A stretch of DNA of 64,000 nt from Terrimicrobiaceae bacterium (GCA_041752695.1 JBGSVZ010000070.1:20809-84808); one strand, 5' to 3'; counted from the first letter of the stretch, positions 1 through 10,533 are shown. Translations and numbers: made by a program. Notes: generated by a model not told the origin, from the letters alone.

Positions 1-350
1 ACCACGACGAACGGAAGAGGTACCAAAAGAAAGGGAATCCGCCGTCCCCAGCGACCCCGGTGCCGGTCGGAACGCACCGATACGATCGGACCAAGAATCA
101 TTCCGATGGCACTCGGGACAGACCCGATCAGAAGCCCGGCAAAAAAATTACTCGCTTCAAATTTTTTCAACACGAGCTGCGCCGTTACGGTCACGGAGCG
201 TTCCTTGAGCTGCCACGCGAAATCTCCGAAGAGCAGCCAGCAGAAAAGAACCGCCAGCCCCGCCCCGGAATAAACAAGGGTCCCCGCTCGCCAGGTTTTC
301 GAAACAGCCTTGCCGCAAGAGGGATGTTCTGGGGGTGAGCCCACGTTCAT
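1..350 (-). CDS. MFS transporter, 5' part only (runs off window edge; not in ORF track)
   Basis: Manual translation from ATG at 350: MNVGSPP...KTWRAGTLVYSGAGLAVLFCWLLFGDFAWQLKERSV...GPIVSVRSDRHRGRWGRRIPFLLV. It has hydrophobic helices and the MFS loop motif SDR..GRWGRR. The ATG overlaps the upstream gene's TGA (TGATG). Confidence 0.88.
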   Translation of the reverse strand, partial: MNVGSPPEHPSCGKAVSKTWRAGTLVYSGAGLAVLFCWLLFGDFAWQLKERSVTVTAQLVLKKFEASNFFAGLLIGSVPSAIGMILGPIVSVRSDRHRGRWGRRIPFLLVPLPFVV

Positions 351-1357
351 CAGGCAAGATAGGCCAGGAGCTCACGCTTGACGTTGTGGGTCAAAGGACG
401 GTTCAAGAGAAACTGACCGAGTTCCTCAACCATCCATCGTCCCATCCTTGCGATTTCCCTCTCCATGCTGCCAGAAATGTGAGGCGTCATCACCACATTG
501 GGAAGGCGGAACAACGGCGACTCCGGGTCCGGCGGGTCCGGGTCAGTCACGTCAAGGACGGCGGTCAGATCCGACCGTCGTCGCAGGATATCGCAAAGTT
601 CGCTCTCCACAATCACGGCACCCCTTGCCGTATTGATAAGCGTCGCTCCCGATTTCATCAGCCCGAGTAAATTTCCGTCAATCATGCCGCAGGTTTCGGG
701 CAGCACGGGGGCATGGATCGATACGACATCGGAAAGCCGGAAAACGTCTTCCAGCGAAACCATGGTCACCCCTAGATCGCTTGCTGTTTCCGGCGAGACA
801 AAAGGGTCGAACGCAATCAGACGGCAGTCCAAGTGGGATAGTCGCTCGGCCGTCAGGCGCCCAGTCGCTCCCAGGGAAACGATCCCGATCGTAGAGCGGT
901 ATGTTCCGGCCACCGGGATCGTTCGATTCCAGGAATGTCGCTCGCGGGCGGCCCGGGAATAGGCCCAAAACTGCTTGAGACTCAACAGAATCGCGGCCGC
1001 TGCATACTCGGCTACCGGGAGCGCATTTGCCATCCTCGCGCTAAAGATCAGAACGTCTCTCTCATAAGCCTCCTCGGTCGCGAAGCATTTGACCGAACCT
1101 GCCGCATAAAAGACCGCCCGAAGATTCGGCATCGCGGCGAGAAAATCCGGCGTGAGCACCGGCATGCCCCAGGTGGACATAATCACCTCGGCCCGCCCGA
1201 GTTCGGCGCCGTGCGCCCTCCAACTCTCTCCGGGAATGTCCGGACCCAGGATCTCCACCCGCGCAAAGATTTCGCTGCGGAGAGCGGGCGGATAGGCCAG
1301 CGCCAACCGAGCGGGAATACCCATAAATACTGCGCATGGACGGGACGGAGAGTACAT
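350..1357 (-). CDS. D-isomer-specific 2-hydroxyacid dehydrogenase
   Basis: Rossmann-like VSLGATG, plus INTARG, LDVTDPDP and TPHISG motifs. ATG at 1357 preferred over the longer ORF start at 1411. Confidence 0.9.
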   Translation of the reverse strand: MYSPSRPCAVFMGIPARLALAYPPALRSEIFARVEILGPDIPGESWRAHGAELGRAEVIMSTWGMPVLTPDFLAAMPNLRAVFYAAGSVKCFATEEAYERDVLIFSARMANALPVAEYAAAAILLSLKQFWAYSRAARERHSWNRTIPVAGTYRSTIGIVSLGATGRLTAERLSHLDCRLIAFDPFVSPETASDLGVTMVSLEDVFRLSDVVSIHAPVLPETCGMIDGNLLGLMKSGATLINTARGAVIVESELCDILRRRSDLTAVLDVTDPDPPDPESPLFRLPNVVMTPHISGSMEREIARMGRWMVEELGQFLLNRPLTHNVKRELLAYLA

Positions 1358-1487
1358 CTGAAATTTATTTTTCCCCGCGCCTGAGCCCGAGCCACGGACG
1401 GGCCCCAACAAAACGATTTGGTGGGAGACACACGCGCTTCATTGTGGGGATTTCGCTAAAAGCTTGGCAGAACGACCACAAAATCCG

Positions 1488-1515
1488 TTGACAAATCAAC
1501 GATATGAATAACAAT
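1488..1515 (+). promoter_or_regulatory. Putative sigma70 promoter of the LacI gene with an embedded operator-like motif (TCAACGATATGA, 1496-1507)
   Basis: TTGACA at 1488-1493 and AACAAT at 1510-1515 (16-bp spacer). The motif recurs at three other promoter regions. Confidence 0.55.
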
Positions 1516-1540
1516 GCCTCCGAGGGTCACCTAAGAGTCG

Positions 1541-2605
1541 ATGCCAAATCATTCCCCGAAAATGCAGCCGGTCACGATGGCGCAGATTGCGAAGAAGCTT
1601 CAGGTGGACCAATCTACCGTTTCGCTGGCACTGCGCAACAGCCCGCGAATTTCCGGGCCAACCCGGGATCGCATCAAGAAGGCCGCAGAGGCACTTGGCT
1701 ACAAACCCAACCCGTTCGTTTCGGCCCTGATGCGCATGCGGAGGGGGCGCAACAAAAACCCGGGAATTCCTGTGATCGCCTGGATCTCAAATTGGGAAAA
1801 ATCGGATTCCTGGATGCAAGTGCCCTACTTTAAGGCTGTCTATCAGGGAGCCGAAGACCGGCTTCGGGAAAACGGTTTCCGGCTGGAGCATTTCTGGATG
1901 GATGAGAAAAATGTCAGCCCCGCACGGTTTAGCTCAATTCTTTGGAACCGGGGGATCACCGGCCTCCTCCTCGCCCCCGTGCCCAACGACAAGCCGGACG
2001 CGAACCTGGACTGGGAGAAGTTTTCCGCGGTGGCTATTGGGTTGAGCATCCATTCGCCGGATTTGGATCGGGTGGACAGCGCCCACTACGACGCCATCAC
2101 CGTGGCCCTCCAGCGCTGCCGCGAGTTGGGCTACAAGCGGATTGGACTCGCCATGGACGAACTCACACTGGCTCGCTTCGACCAACGTTTTCTTGCCAGC
2201 TACCTGGTAAATGGCCCGCAACTCAAGTCCGGGAGACAACTGGAGGTTTTTCGCCAGACCATCGAGACCAAAGAAGGACAGAAAGCCTTTCAAGCGTGGT
2301 TCCGGCGCGAGCGGCCCGAAGTCATCATCACGCTCTCGAAGCAGATCGCCGAAATCCAGAGAGTGGCGCTGCACCAAATCAACATCAGGGTGCCCGAGGA
2401 TGTGGGGCTCGTCATCCTGAGCTGCCACGCTGTGGACGACCCCTTCAGCGGTATCTACCAATTTCCCGAATTAATCGGGGCTCAGGCAGCTGATCTGCTC
2501 GTCCGCAAGGTCCTCCGCAACGAATGCGGCATTCCACAACATTCTCTCACATTTACGATCAGTGGCATCTGGAACCCGGGAATGACCACCCGTCGGGCAA
2601 CTTAA
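1541..2605 (+). CDS. LacI-family transcriptional regulator (verrucomicrobial type)
   Basis: N-terminal HTH VTMAQIAKKLQVDQSTVSLALRN...LGYKPN followed by a periplasmic-binding-protein-like sensor domain (VPEDVGL). Confidence 0.92.
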   Translation: MPNHSPKMQPVTMAQIAKKLQVDQSTVSLALRNSPRISGPTRDRIKKAAEALGYKPNPFVSALMRMRRGRNKNPGIPVIAWISNWEKSDSWMQVPYFKAVYQGAEDRLRENGFRLEHFWMDEKNVSPARFSSILWNRGITGLLLAPVPNDKPDANLDWEKFSAVAIGLSIHSPDLDRVDSAHYDAITVALQRCRELGYKRIGLAMDELTLARFDQRFLASYLVNGPQLKSGRQLEVFRQTIETKEGQKAFQAWFRRERPEVIITLSKQIAEIQRVALHQINIRVPEDVGLVILSCHAVDDPFSGIYQFPELIGAQAADLLVRKVLRNECGIPQHSLTFTISGIWNPGMTTRRAT

Positions 2606-5600
2606 GGAAATTTCTTGGTATTGAGGATGCGGAACTTGTAGAGCGCATCCAGGCTCCCAGGGACAGTCGCATAGTCCACCAACCGCGGGTCGGCCGGATC
2701 CAGAAACCGTTCGATCATCGCGGATCCCCGGTATTCCCCGATGACCCTGTCTTTTGTTTCATCCCACTGGGCGGGATCGGTCGACTTGGATTTCCGGAGA
2801 GCCTGAACGCGCAGATGGACCGTGTAGACATTGGAACGCGTGGTGAGCTTGGCGTAGAGATTCGTATAAGGCCGCTCCCTGGCATTTTCTCCCGTGATCA
2901 GGGCGTTGTCCCAGATGGTCCCACTAATGTAGTCGTTCAAGGACTCGTTTTCGCGAACCAAATGCAACTCGCAGATCTCGGTTGCCGAGCGGAAAATGTC
3001 CGGGTTTGCCTGGAAGCGCGAATCGTAGACCCCTGTCCCGTTAAAACGGTCGTCCGCCTGCTTGAGCGTTTCAACCATGTTAATCGGACGGCGCAGCTTG
3101 TCGAACGGAGCTTGGCCGGTGAATAGCTTGTCCCAATCGGAGCTGACTTGGGAGTCTTGGGATTTGGCATCGTTGGGATATAGGTCATCATTGGTGTGCT
3201 CTTTCCAAAGCTTGTAAATTTTGGAACCAGAATTGGGGAGCACCAGCGGCTGCTCGGACTTGAATGCCCCATAAAGAGCGGTCGCCCGACGGATATAGTT
3301 AAATGGAGCGATCTGATAGTTGAGGTTAACTTTTCCCGCCGTCGAAAAAGGTTCACTAATAGCGTAGGGCTCGATGACAGGCATCCAGAACAGGTCCATG
3401 ATCAGGTGATCCTTGGGCGACTGCGCACCAGGGTGGCTGCCGCTCTGGGTCAGCTCACTGCTCGGGGTATGTGGCCGGAAGAGAAGAGTTTCCCACGGAC
3501 GGTTGCGCTTCACACCCGTCGGCAGCGAACCGAACATGCCGGCGGAGGGTACAAGACGGCTGGGTGAAAATAAATTTTCCTTGGCCGTGTCGATGTCAAA
3601 ATCCCAACCAAAATACGGAAAGGTGGTGCTGGTGGACGAAACGTTTCCTTCGTCCGGTTTGTTGATGTAGGCCCCATCGCTTACGTAACCAAATCCATTG
3701 TCGAAATCGTTCCACTGATTGAAACTCTTCCCTGCACCTGGACGGATTTGGGGCAATCGGGAGTAGTGATAGCGCACCTGCCCTGAGGGAACCAACTGGT
3801 CGGTGAGGGCTGTTCCGCGAATGGGGACAACGCCGGGCGCATCACCGGGAAGCGAGTTGGCGGGATTGGGGCCGGGTTCGTTGGAGAACCCAAACAGCAG
3901 GTGCGGCCCTTCCGGCTCGGACAGGATATGGTCAAACCGCACCTGGGTGTCCTTGTAATTGTTTCCGTCGATGAAGAGGGCTGATGGGTCGGCCGACGCA
4001 GCCACGAGGCGTAAGTCGCCATGCTCTGGGACCACTGTTCGCACCACATCCTCGGCGCGGAAGATACTGCCCATCTTAAACCCAGGCTGCTTGGTTGTGC
4101 CGAATGACCCCCATCGCCGGATCGGGTCGGAATACTCTAGTCCGGGAGCCTGAGGATCAAATTGTGCCAGAATATACCGGCCATTGTAAGGAATCGCCGC
4201 GGTACCTGCCACTGGATCAGCCGGCTTTGTCCATTTTGTTAATGACCACCACTGTTCGAGATCGGTCTTCCCATCCCGCCACGGGGTCGTTGGGGTGGTG
4301 ACTAACATGGGAATGGGGAGATCTGCGGGAGGAAAATTGATCGTGAAGGTCTGGATCAAATTTGAGGAGGCCGGCGCCAATGGCCGGTTGAATGTCGCGG
4401 ATTCTCCGGAATAGACCTCAACAACCACGCTTCCTCCGGAAAATGCCATGGTCGTTTTGCCAAGACCGCCTACAGCGACAAGTTTGCTTACAGGAATTTT
4501 CGCCCAACCGAACTCCTTGATGGGACCACGGATGCCAGCGGAGCCCCCCCAGGAGCGTCCATTGGAGTGCGTGACACCCCGGGTGAAGCCCGAGTCAAAA
4601 TTCACATCATTGGGAGGGAAGGATGATAATATCTGCGTCGTTGTGGAAAACAACGGGAGGCCGCCATCGAGCGTCATGGCATTTTGAAAGGTGATTTTGT
4701 AATAGATGGCCTCTTGGAGCTGATAAAAGCCCACACTCGGGCTGAAGGGTTCGAAGAAAAAGCCTACCTCGACGGCGCTCTCACCCGGCTTTAGATTGAG
4801 AGTAGTTACTGCTGGGTCGTTCCGGCCAGTCAATGTCCCACTGGATGAATTTGCGGTTGCTGCAGAAATGAAATGAAGTCCAAATTGGGAAATCGTGTGG
4901 AAGCGTCCCAGGCCCCTGGTAGAGCCGATTTTGATGGGAGCCACCTGACCGAAGGGCGCATAAACGTTGGGTTGACTATCATTCCGAAGCGCCTTCCCGG
5001 TTCCGTCCCTTTTCACCAGTAGTGGGTCACGCAGATTGGTGCTGCGAATGTAATCGAAAATTTCTGTGAGAACCTGATCTCGGTCGGCACCCCATTTGGT
5101 GGAGAAGCTGCCGCCATGCCCTGGAACGGGCCGGCTTGTTAGGTCCTGCAGGTAGTTATACAACTCCTCGTTTCTTGAGATGGTGTCAAAATCGTCTGTT
5201 GGACTAAATGGATTCTCCCGCTGAAAGGAGAACGGATACTTATTTTCTCCGATGGTCGAACAAAAGAGAGTTAGGTTGTCGTAGGCGGTTCGCTTGGCGG
5301 CATCCGCGGGAACCGGCCAGATGGAAACACGGGGTTTGCCGAACAGATTCACCTCCGGAGCACGGCTGTTGGCGGTCAAAAAGAACCGTGCCTTTTCCAA
5401 GGTCGCCTGAAACTGCACATTTGCCGGACGGGAGGCTCCGGAGGAAGAGGGGTAGGCAAAGATGGCTTCATCGACGCTGGCGAAGAGGCGGTCCTGGTCA
5501 GGAGTGACCGGTAAAAACACGGGGTCCGTGACCGCAATCGACGCTGCCTTTGACCCGCCCCATTGACCCCGGGGGACCAGGTCGTAGATGGACTGCATCT

Positions 5601-6534
5601 GCGCGGTAGTCAGGTTGCTGGTTGTGCCGGGGAACAACACCGGGCTGAGCGCGGTTGTGAACGGGTGACCGGGGAATCGCTGGTATTCCTTCTGCGCCGG
5701 CTGGTATTTTCCAAAGTTCAAATCCTGGAGAGTTACTGCCATGGGCGAAGCCCAGGGTGTTGGTTCTGAAGCGGTGTTTAGGTTAAGCTTACAACTCTCA
5801 TCGTCGGTCCAGAACGCAATCCGACCTACGATAGGATTGGTCGCACTGGGCGCGGGCGTGGAAGTCGACCAACTCGCAATCTTTCCGGTCGCATCCACGC
5901 TGGAGGGTGCAGTCAGGGCCCCGCTCTTCAAAACGTAGAGCCATTTCACGGGCATGGGCGCCGGGTTCGCACCGGAACCGGCCGGATTATTGGCGGGATC
6001 ATTCGTGAGCGAAAACCCGTCGGCTATCGCCGTCGGATCGACAATGGGAAAAAGATTGGCGGTGCCGGAAGCATCGGGGCTCGGCGAGTTAAGATCGGTG
6101 AAGATCGCCGGCTGATTGATCCAGTCGGTCACGGAGGCGCCGGCACTGGCTTTGAGGTCATCGCTCAGTTCGTAGCTGGGGATATCCGTCACGACCATTT
6201 TGTCCGAGGAATAGAGTTTGTAGAGAGCCTGTTTCTTTCCGCTACTATCATAGGTCCTGATCATTCCAGGCTGCGAAGCCCAGGCGATGTCTGCCCCGGT
6301 GGTGCCCGCCTTGATCTGGCCCATGGCGTAACTAAGGGCCGAGTCGGACAATTGCCTGGTCACCGCTCCGTCGGCATAACTGCTGGAAGCGGACCGGTTG
6401 AGGTTGGCACTCGCAAAAAAGGCCACCAGCAGTCCTGATAGCAGCACAAGTACCACCAGGACAAGGACCAGAGCCATCCCCCTTTTCGAGACTGCGGAGT
6501 TCAGACGATTCAGGTCTTTTGGTGTCGGCTCCAT
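2602..6534 (-). CDS. Verru_Chthon cassette protein A (large PilX/GspK-like pilin)
   Basis: 1310 aa. Prepilin-like KRG|MALVLVLVVL without Glu5. Family motifs WASQPGMIR, GRIAFWTDDESCKLNLNTA, EYQRFPGHP, AISEPFSTAGKVNLNY and GEYRGS..IERFLDP. Confidence 0.92.
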   Translation of the reverse strand: MEPTPKDLNRLNSAVSKRGMALVLVLVVLVLLSGLLVAFFASANLNRSASSSYADGAVTRQLSDSALSYAMGQIKAGTTGADIAWASQPGMIRTYDSSGKKQALYKLYSSDKMVVTDIPSYELSDDLKASAGASVTDWINQPAIFTDLNSPSPDASGTANLFPIVDPTAIADGFSLTNDPANNPAGSGANPAPMPVKWLYVLKSGALTAPSSVDATGKIASWSTSTPAPSATNPIVGRIAFWTDDESCKLNLNTASEPTPWASPMAVTLQDLNFGKYQPAQKEYQRFPGHPFTTALSPVLFPGTTSNLTTAQMQSIYDLVPRGQWGGSKAASIAVTDPVFLPVTPDQDRLFASVDEAIFAYPSSSGASRPANVQFQATLEKARFFLTANSRAPEVNLFGKPRVSIWPVPADAAKRTAYDNLTLFCSTIGENKYPFSFQRENPFSPTDDFDTISRNEELYNYLQDLTSRPVPGHGGSFSTKWGADRDQVLTEIFDYIRSTNLRDPLLVKRDGTGKALRNDSQPNVYAPFGQVAPIKIGSTRGLGRFHTISQFGLHFISAATANSSSGTLTGRNDPAVTTLNLKPGESAVEVGFFFEPFSPSVGFYQLQEAIYYKITFQNAMTLDGGLPLFSTTTQILSSFPPNDVNFDSGFTRGVTHSNGRSWGGSAGIRGPIKEFGWAKIPVSKLVAVGGLGKTTMAFSGGSVVVEVYSGESATFNRPLAPASSNLIQTFTINFPPADLPIPMLVTTPTTPWRDGKTDLEQWWSLTKWTKPADPVAGTAAIPYNGRYILAQFDPQAPGLEYSDPIRRWGSFGTTKQPGFKMGSIFRAEDVVRTVVPEHGDLRLVAASADPSALFIDGNNYKDTQVRFDHILSEPEGPHLLFGFSNEPGPNPANSLPGDAPGVVPIRGTALTDQLVPSGQVRYHYSRLPQIRPGAGKSFNQWNDFDNGFGYVSDGAYINKPDEGNVSSTSTTFPYFGWDFDIDTAKENLFSPSRLVPSAGMFGSLPTGVKRNRPWETLLFRPHTPSSELTQSGSHPGAQSPKDHLIMDLFWMPVIEPYAISEPFSTAGKVNLNYQIAPFNYIRRATALYGAFKSEQPLVLPNSGSKIYKLWKEHTNDDLYPNDAKSQDSQVSSDWDKLFTGQAPFDKLRRPINMVETLKQADDRFNGTGVYDSRFQANPDIFRSATEICELHLVRENESLNDYISGTIWDNALITGENARERPYTNLYAKLTTRSNVYTVHLRVQALRKSKSTDPAQWDETKDRVIGEYRGSAMIERFLDPADPRLVDYATVPGSLDALYKFRILNTKKFP

Positions 6535-7559
6535 TTCGCAGATCGGATACTAACGTTAGTGGTAAAAACCCGGTAACTTATTCGGTTATCCACCAAATAT
6601 TGTTCCAAATTTTGCAGATCAGTCTGCAATAATGCAGGATCAGAGAAAAGCCCATTGAGCTTGGCCTTGAGGGCGGACGCGCCAGCCTCACCCATGCGGT
6701 TGGCGGACAATTCGTCCACCGCCACCATGGTGACTTGAACAACCGGAGGGAGCTGGTTCTCGGGATTCAGATCCGGGTCGGCTGTCGTGCTCATGTTCAG
6801 GCCCGTCGAATCGTAGAGGTAATTCGGTGCGAGGCTGCCCTCGTCGTAGTTCCCCGCCACCTGATCCGCCCCACTGAGCTTGGGCAAGATCACCAAGGCG
6901 ATGATGTTTTCCGCCACCACTCCCAAGTTGGCCGACGATGAGAGGGGCTCGGCAAACCACTCTTTGCCAGTGTAGGCCCCCGAACCTCCGGCCTTGGCTT
7001 CCTGTTGGTAGAGCGCCATCGAATCGGAGGGCTCCATGAGTTCCATTAACCGAAAGCGATTACGGTACGGTAAAATGCTCTCGCTGACAAAAGCGGGCCG
7101 GGTGCCCTGATCGCTGCCATACTCAATGAAAAATCCCCAGGTATTGAGCAAGTTGCGAAACCGGCTGTAGGAGCTGCTGGAAACATAACCAAGCGGAGCC
7201 TGAAAGAAGATCCCGTGGGTGGTGCAATTATCACTTAAACCCAGGGTGTTACCTCGCCCACTTATAAAGCGCAGATCGGATTGCCGGACATACTTCGTGG
7301 GAGCCTGAGTTGGATCATTGAGGGGATAGCTGTAGTCCCAGTAGGTATTGAGCGTCGCCTGGCTCAACCTTCTGGTGATGGTCTCGAAAGCCTCTCGGGC
7401 TTCCCGGAAATGCTGGGTTTTGGCCGTGGCGTCGCTCCAGCTCCGCCTTGTCGCATCTGTAATGGAGACCAGGAGTGCCATCAGAAGGGCAAGCACGGCC
7501 ACGGAAACAAGCAGTTCGATCAGGGTGAACGCTCTGCGCTTTGCGAGTATCGTGTCCAT
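6510..7559 (-). CDS. Verru_Chthon cassette protein C (PilW/GspJ-like)
   Basis: RRA|FTLIELLVS N-methylation motif, plus LSQATLNTYWDY, FFQAPLG and NQLPPVVQVTMVAVDE. ATG at 7559 overlaps the stop of protein B. Confidence 0.9.
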   Translation of the reverse strand: MDTILAKRRAFTLIELLVSVAVLALLMALLVSITDATRRSWSDATAKTQHFREAREAFETITRRLSQATLNTYWDYSYPLNDPTQAPTKYVRQSDLRFISGRGNTLGLSDNCTTHGIFFQAPLGYVSSSSYSRFRNLLNTWGFFIEYGSDQGTRPAFVSESILPYRNRFRLMELMEPSDSMALYQQEAKAGGSGAYTGKEWFAEPLSSSANLGVVAENIIALVILPKLSGADQVAGNYDEGSLAPNYLYDSTGLNMSTTADPDLNPENQLPPVVQVTMVAVDELSANRMGEAGASALKAKLNGLFSDPALLQTDLQNLEQYLVDNRISYRVFTTNVSIRSAKWSRHQKT

Positions 7560-8146
7560 CACTGTCGGGAGACCATGGTGGAGGACATAAAGAGGGGCAC
7601 CACGCGGGCTGTTCCTCCTTCGAAGGTGCCGCTCCACAAGTTGCTCAGAGTGACATCCGTCTCATAAGCGAGCGCTCCGCCCCCCGGGTTCTTGACCACT
7701 TGCACAGTTACCGTCGCGAGATCCGGGTTGGTGAAAGGCGGGTCCGCCGGAGATTCCGTGGCGGGCTTAATGCGTGTATTCACATGGTAAATCGCCCTCG
7801 TGGGGTCGGTCAATTCCCCGCCCTGATCGTCAAAATAGCGGAGGGCTTTTACCCCCGTGGATCCGGCGGAAATGGCGTTCCCCGTGCTGTCCTTGATGAG
7901 CTGGTCGAAGTCCGTCTCTTGGGCTTCGCTGATGATTTGCTGGAGGATCTGCGAACTGACTGTGGTCTCAATGCTTTCGCGCAGAATACTCAAGCCCGCG
8001 GGAAGCAGTCCGAAAACTGCCAGAATCCCAAACGCGACAATGCCGATGGCGAGAACGACTTCCACCAGGCTAAAGCCAGCCCCGCGGAGTCGGCGGCCCC
8101 CAGGCTTTCGGTGGACCTCAAGGACGATAGGACCGTACTTTTCCAT
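7559..8146 (-). CDS. Verru_Chthon cassette protein B (PilV/GspI-like)
   Basis: AG|FSLVEVVLAIGIVAFGILAVFGLLPAGL and RYFDDQG motifs. ATG at 8146 chosen because the longer ORF overlaps gene D. Confidence 0.9.
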   Translation of the reverse strand: MEKYGPIVLEVHRKPGGRRLRGAGFSLVEVVLAIGIVAFGILAVFGLLPAGLSILRESIETTVSSQILQQIISEAQETDFDQLIKDSTGNAISAGSTGVKALRYFDDQGGELTDPTRAIYHVNTRIKPATESPADPPFTNPDLATVTVQVVKNPGGGALAYETDVTLSNLWSGTFEGGTARVVPLFMSSTMVSRQ

Positions 8147-8825
8147 TGGAGGGTTGGATCTGAAGGGTCGCAAAATTGGGTGGTGGCGCGGTGAGGTTGT
8201 CTCCCTTGAGGGCATCATGGACGGTAAAGAACCACTGGATCTGCGCGGATTGCGGGGGAAGATTCGTTGAGCCATCCGGCAGAAAACTGAAGCGCATGAC
8301 GGAATACGCTGTGCCCAGGGCCGGGATCGCATAACCGAGATCGCTGCCACTGGAGACGGTTGGCACCGCATTGCCCCCGGCGGCGCTGCCGATGAGCGTG
8401 GAGAGGGCGTTTCCACTGTCAATGATGACAGAAGGCCCAGGCAGCCGGGTGAACTTACTGACAGCCCGGTATCCCAGCGCGTCCCTCCCCCCAGGGGCGG
8501 TCGCCAGCGCGGCGGCGGAGTCGGGAACTTCAAAAAGCTGGATGGCCCGCACGCTGGCGGCAGTTCCTGCGGTCATTTGCGGATCGATAAACTTGTAGAG
8601 GCGCACTTCGATCTGGCGATTGCTGCTCAGCGCCATCTGCCTCGCCAGAGCCAACTGGTCTGTCAGGACCTGCGCCGCCTGGCCAATTTCTCCGCTGCGA
8701 AGCATCCCATTCACGGCAGGCGTTCCCAACCCGATCAACACCGATATCACGCCAAGGACAGCGAGCAGCTCCAGCAAGGTCATGCCGGAGGCTGATCGGG
8801 TGGAACTATTCAGACGGGCCTTCAT
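8118..8825 (-). CDS. Verru_Chthon cassette protein D (FimT/GspH-like)
   Basis: SG|MTLLELLAVLGVIS, LALARQMALSSNRQIEVR, FSFLPDGST and PPNFATLQIQP.NG motifs. ATG at 8825. Confidence 0.9.
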   Translation of the reverse strand: MKARLNSSTRSASGMTLLELLAVLGVISVLIGLGTPAVNGMLRSGEIGQAAQVLTDQLALARQMALSSNRQIEVRLYKFIDPQMTAGTAASVRAIQLFEVPDSAAALATAPGGRDALGYRAVSKFTRLPGPSVIIDSGNALSTLIGSAAGGNAVPTVSSGSDLGYAIPALGTAYSVMRFSFLPDGSTNLPPQSAQIQWFFTVHDALKGDNLTAPPPNFATLQIQPSNGKVRSYRP

Positions 8826-8976
8826 CGTTTTCCCAAGAAAATCCCTCCCCTCGTTCGACTGGCATTTTTGATTGAGGGTGAGGGATAAGTTCGACACGTG
8901 AAAGGGAAGAATCCAGATTTTCAACCGTTTTCGGGAAGCAGGGCTCATAACACGACCAAATATTTTTACGCCTCGC

Positions 8977-10470
8977 TCAGGGCAACGGATTCATGCGACC
9001 AATTTTGTGGCCGATCGCCCCATAAAAAGCGACGTAGGCATAAGCGATGAGCGGAACGATGAAAGACAGCTGCAGGTTGTGCGTCACGTCGGCAACCAGT
9101 CCCTGCAGCGGCGGCAAGAGTGCCCCGCCAAGAATGGCCATGACCAGCAGCGAGGACGCCTGGCTTTTGAATTGACCCACCCCCTCGATGGCGAGCGAAA
9201 ACGTGTTCGACCATCCGATCGAAGTGAACAGCCCGACCGCCACCACGCACCACATTGCCACCTTGCCGCCGGCCAGGATCGCGGTCAGCAGCAGCACCAC
9301 CACCGTCGTCATGAATATCATCAACGTGCGCCCGGCCTGCGATTTGCCAAAAAGAAAGAGCAGCCAGCAAAGTCCGATAAAAGGCAGATAAGTCCGGAAA
9401 ACCGGCCAGTTTTCCAGAAAACGCTCCTGCCATAGAGGGAAGATCTGCGCGTTTGAGCCCTCACGCATCGCGTCGAGCGGAGCGCTTTGTGCAAACCATA
9501 GGAATAAGAACGAAACCAACGGGATCACCACCAACAGTGCCTGTTTAGTTGTCTTTTTCATTTCGCTCAATTCGACCGCGCCCATGAATCTCCCGATCAA
9601 AAGCCCGCCCCAATAGAGCGAGACGAATTTACTCGCCTCCATCTCGTTCAGCCCGGCCACTTCCGGCCGTCCAAGGAAATTGATGATGGCACTGCCGACC
9701 GCCACCTCACCGCCAACGTACATAAAAATGCCGATAATCCCCAACACGACATGAGGATACCGCAGCGCCCCTGCACCGGGCTCGATTTTCCCCTCCCCAA
9801 TATGTGGCAGCCGGATGAAGAAGAACACCCCCGCGAGCAGCAGAAAGACGACGCAGAACGCCAGGTAGGGCACCTTCACTGAGTCCACCCCATGCGCACC
9901 GGTCCGGGCAAAATATTGGAAGATCAGCCAGCCCCCGATGAGCGGCCCAATGGCGGTGCCAATGGCGTTGAAGCCCTGCGCGAGATTTAATCGACTCGAA
10001 GCCGTCCGCTCTGGCCCGAGAATCGTGACGTAGGGATTGGCCGCAATTTGCAGCATGGCAAAACCCAGTCCAACCACGAAAAGCGCCACCAGAAACATCG
10101 GATAAGAAACCACGACTGCCGCCGGCCAGAACAGCGCGCTTCCCACCGCGGAGATCAACAGGCCCACCACCACCCCATTTTTGTAGCCTATTTTTGCGAT
10201 TGGATCGCCTTTTGTCACCGAGACCACAAAGTAAAGCAGCGAGCCGATGAAATAGGCCCCGAAAAACGCAAACTGCACCAACATCGCCTCAAAATAGCTT
10301 AGGGTGAAGGCCTCCTTGAACCGCGGGATCAGAATATCATTGAAGACGGTCATGAACCCCCACAGGAAAAACAGCGAGGTCATGATGGCAAACGGACCGC
10401 GATAGCCGCGACCGTCGCTGGTGGGATCGGCGGCGCGTGAAGGGTCAGAGGGAGATTGGATGACAGCCAT
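8977..10470 (-). CDS. Sugar MFS transporter, FucP/GluP (fucose/glucose/galactose:H+ symporter) family
   Basis: SLFFLWGF...LIPRFK, VQFAFFGAYF, LQIAANPYV, SSRLNLAQGFN, YVGGEV and LVMAILGGA motifs. ATG at 10470 (alternative TTG at 10494). Confidence 0.92.
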   Translation of the reverse strand: MAVIQSPSDPSRAADPTSDGRGYRGPFAIMTSLFFLWGFMTVFNDILIPRFKEAFTLSYFEAMLVQFAFFGAYFIGSLLYFVVSVTKGDPIAKIGYKNGVVVGLLISAVGSALFWPAAVVVSYPMFLVALFVVGLGFAMLQIAANPYVTILGPERTASSRLNLAQGFNAIGTAIGPLIGGWLIFQYFARTGAHGVDSVKVPYLAFCVVFLLLAGVFFFIRLPHIGEGKIEPGAGALRYPHVVLGIIGIFMYVGGEVAVGSAIINFLGRPEVAGLNEMEASKFVSLYWGGLLIGRFMGAVELSEMKKTTKQALLVVIPLVSFLFLWFAQSAPLDAMREGSNAQIFPLWQERFLENWPVFRTYLPFIGLCWLLFLFGKSQAGRTLMIFMTTVVVLLLTAILAGGKVAMWCVVAVGLFTSIGWSNTFSLAIEGVGQFKSQASSLLVMAILGGALLPPLQGLVADVTHNLQLSFIVPLIAYAYVAFYGAIGHKIGRMNPLP

Positions 10471-10533
10471 AAGACGGGAGGTTGACTTTCCCAATCTCGC
10501 CGAGGCATCTCACGGAAACAATCCGGGCCTCGT

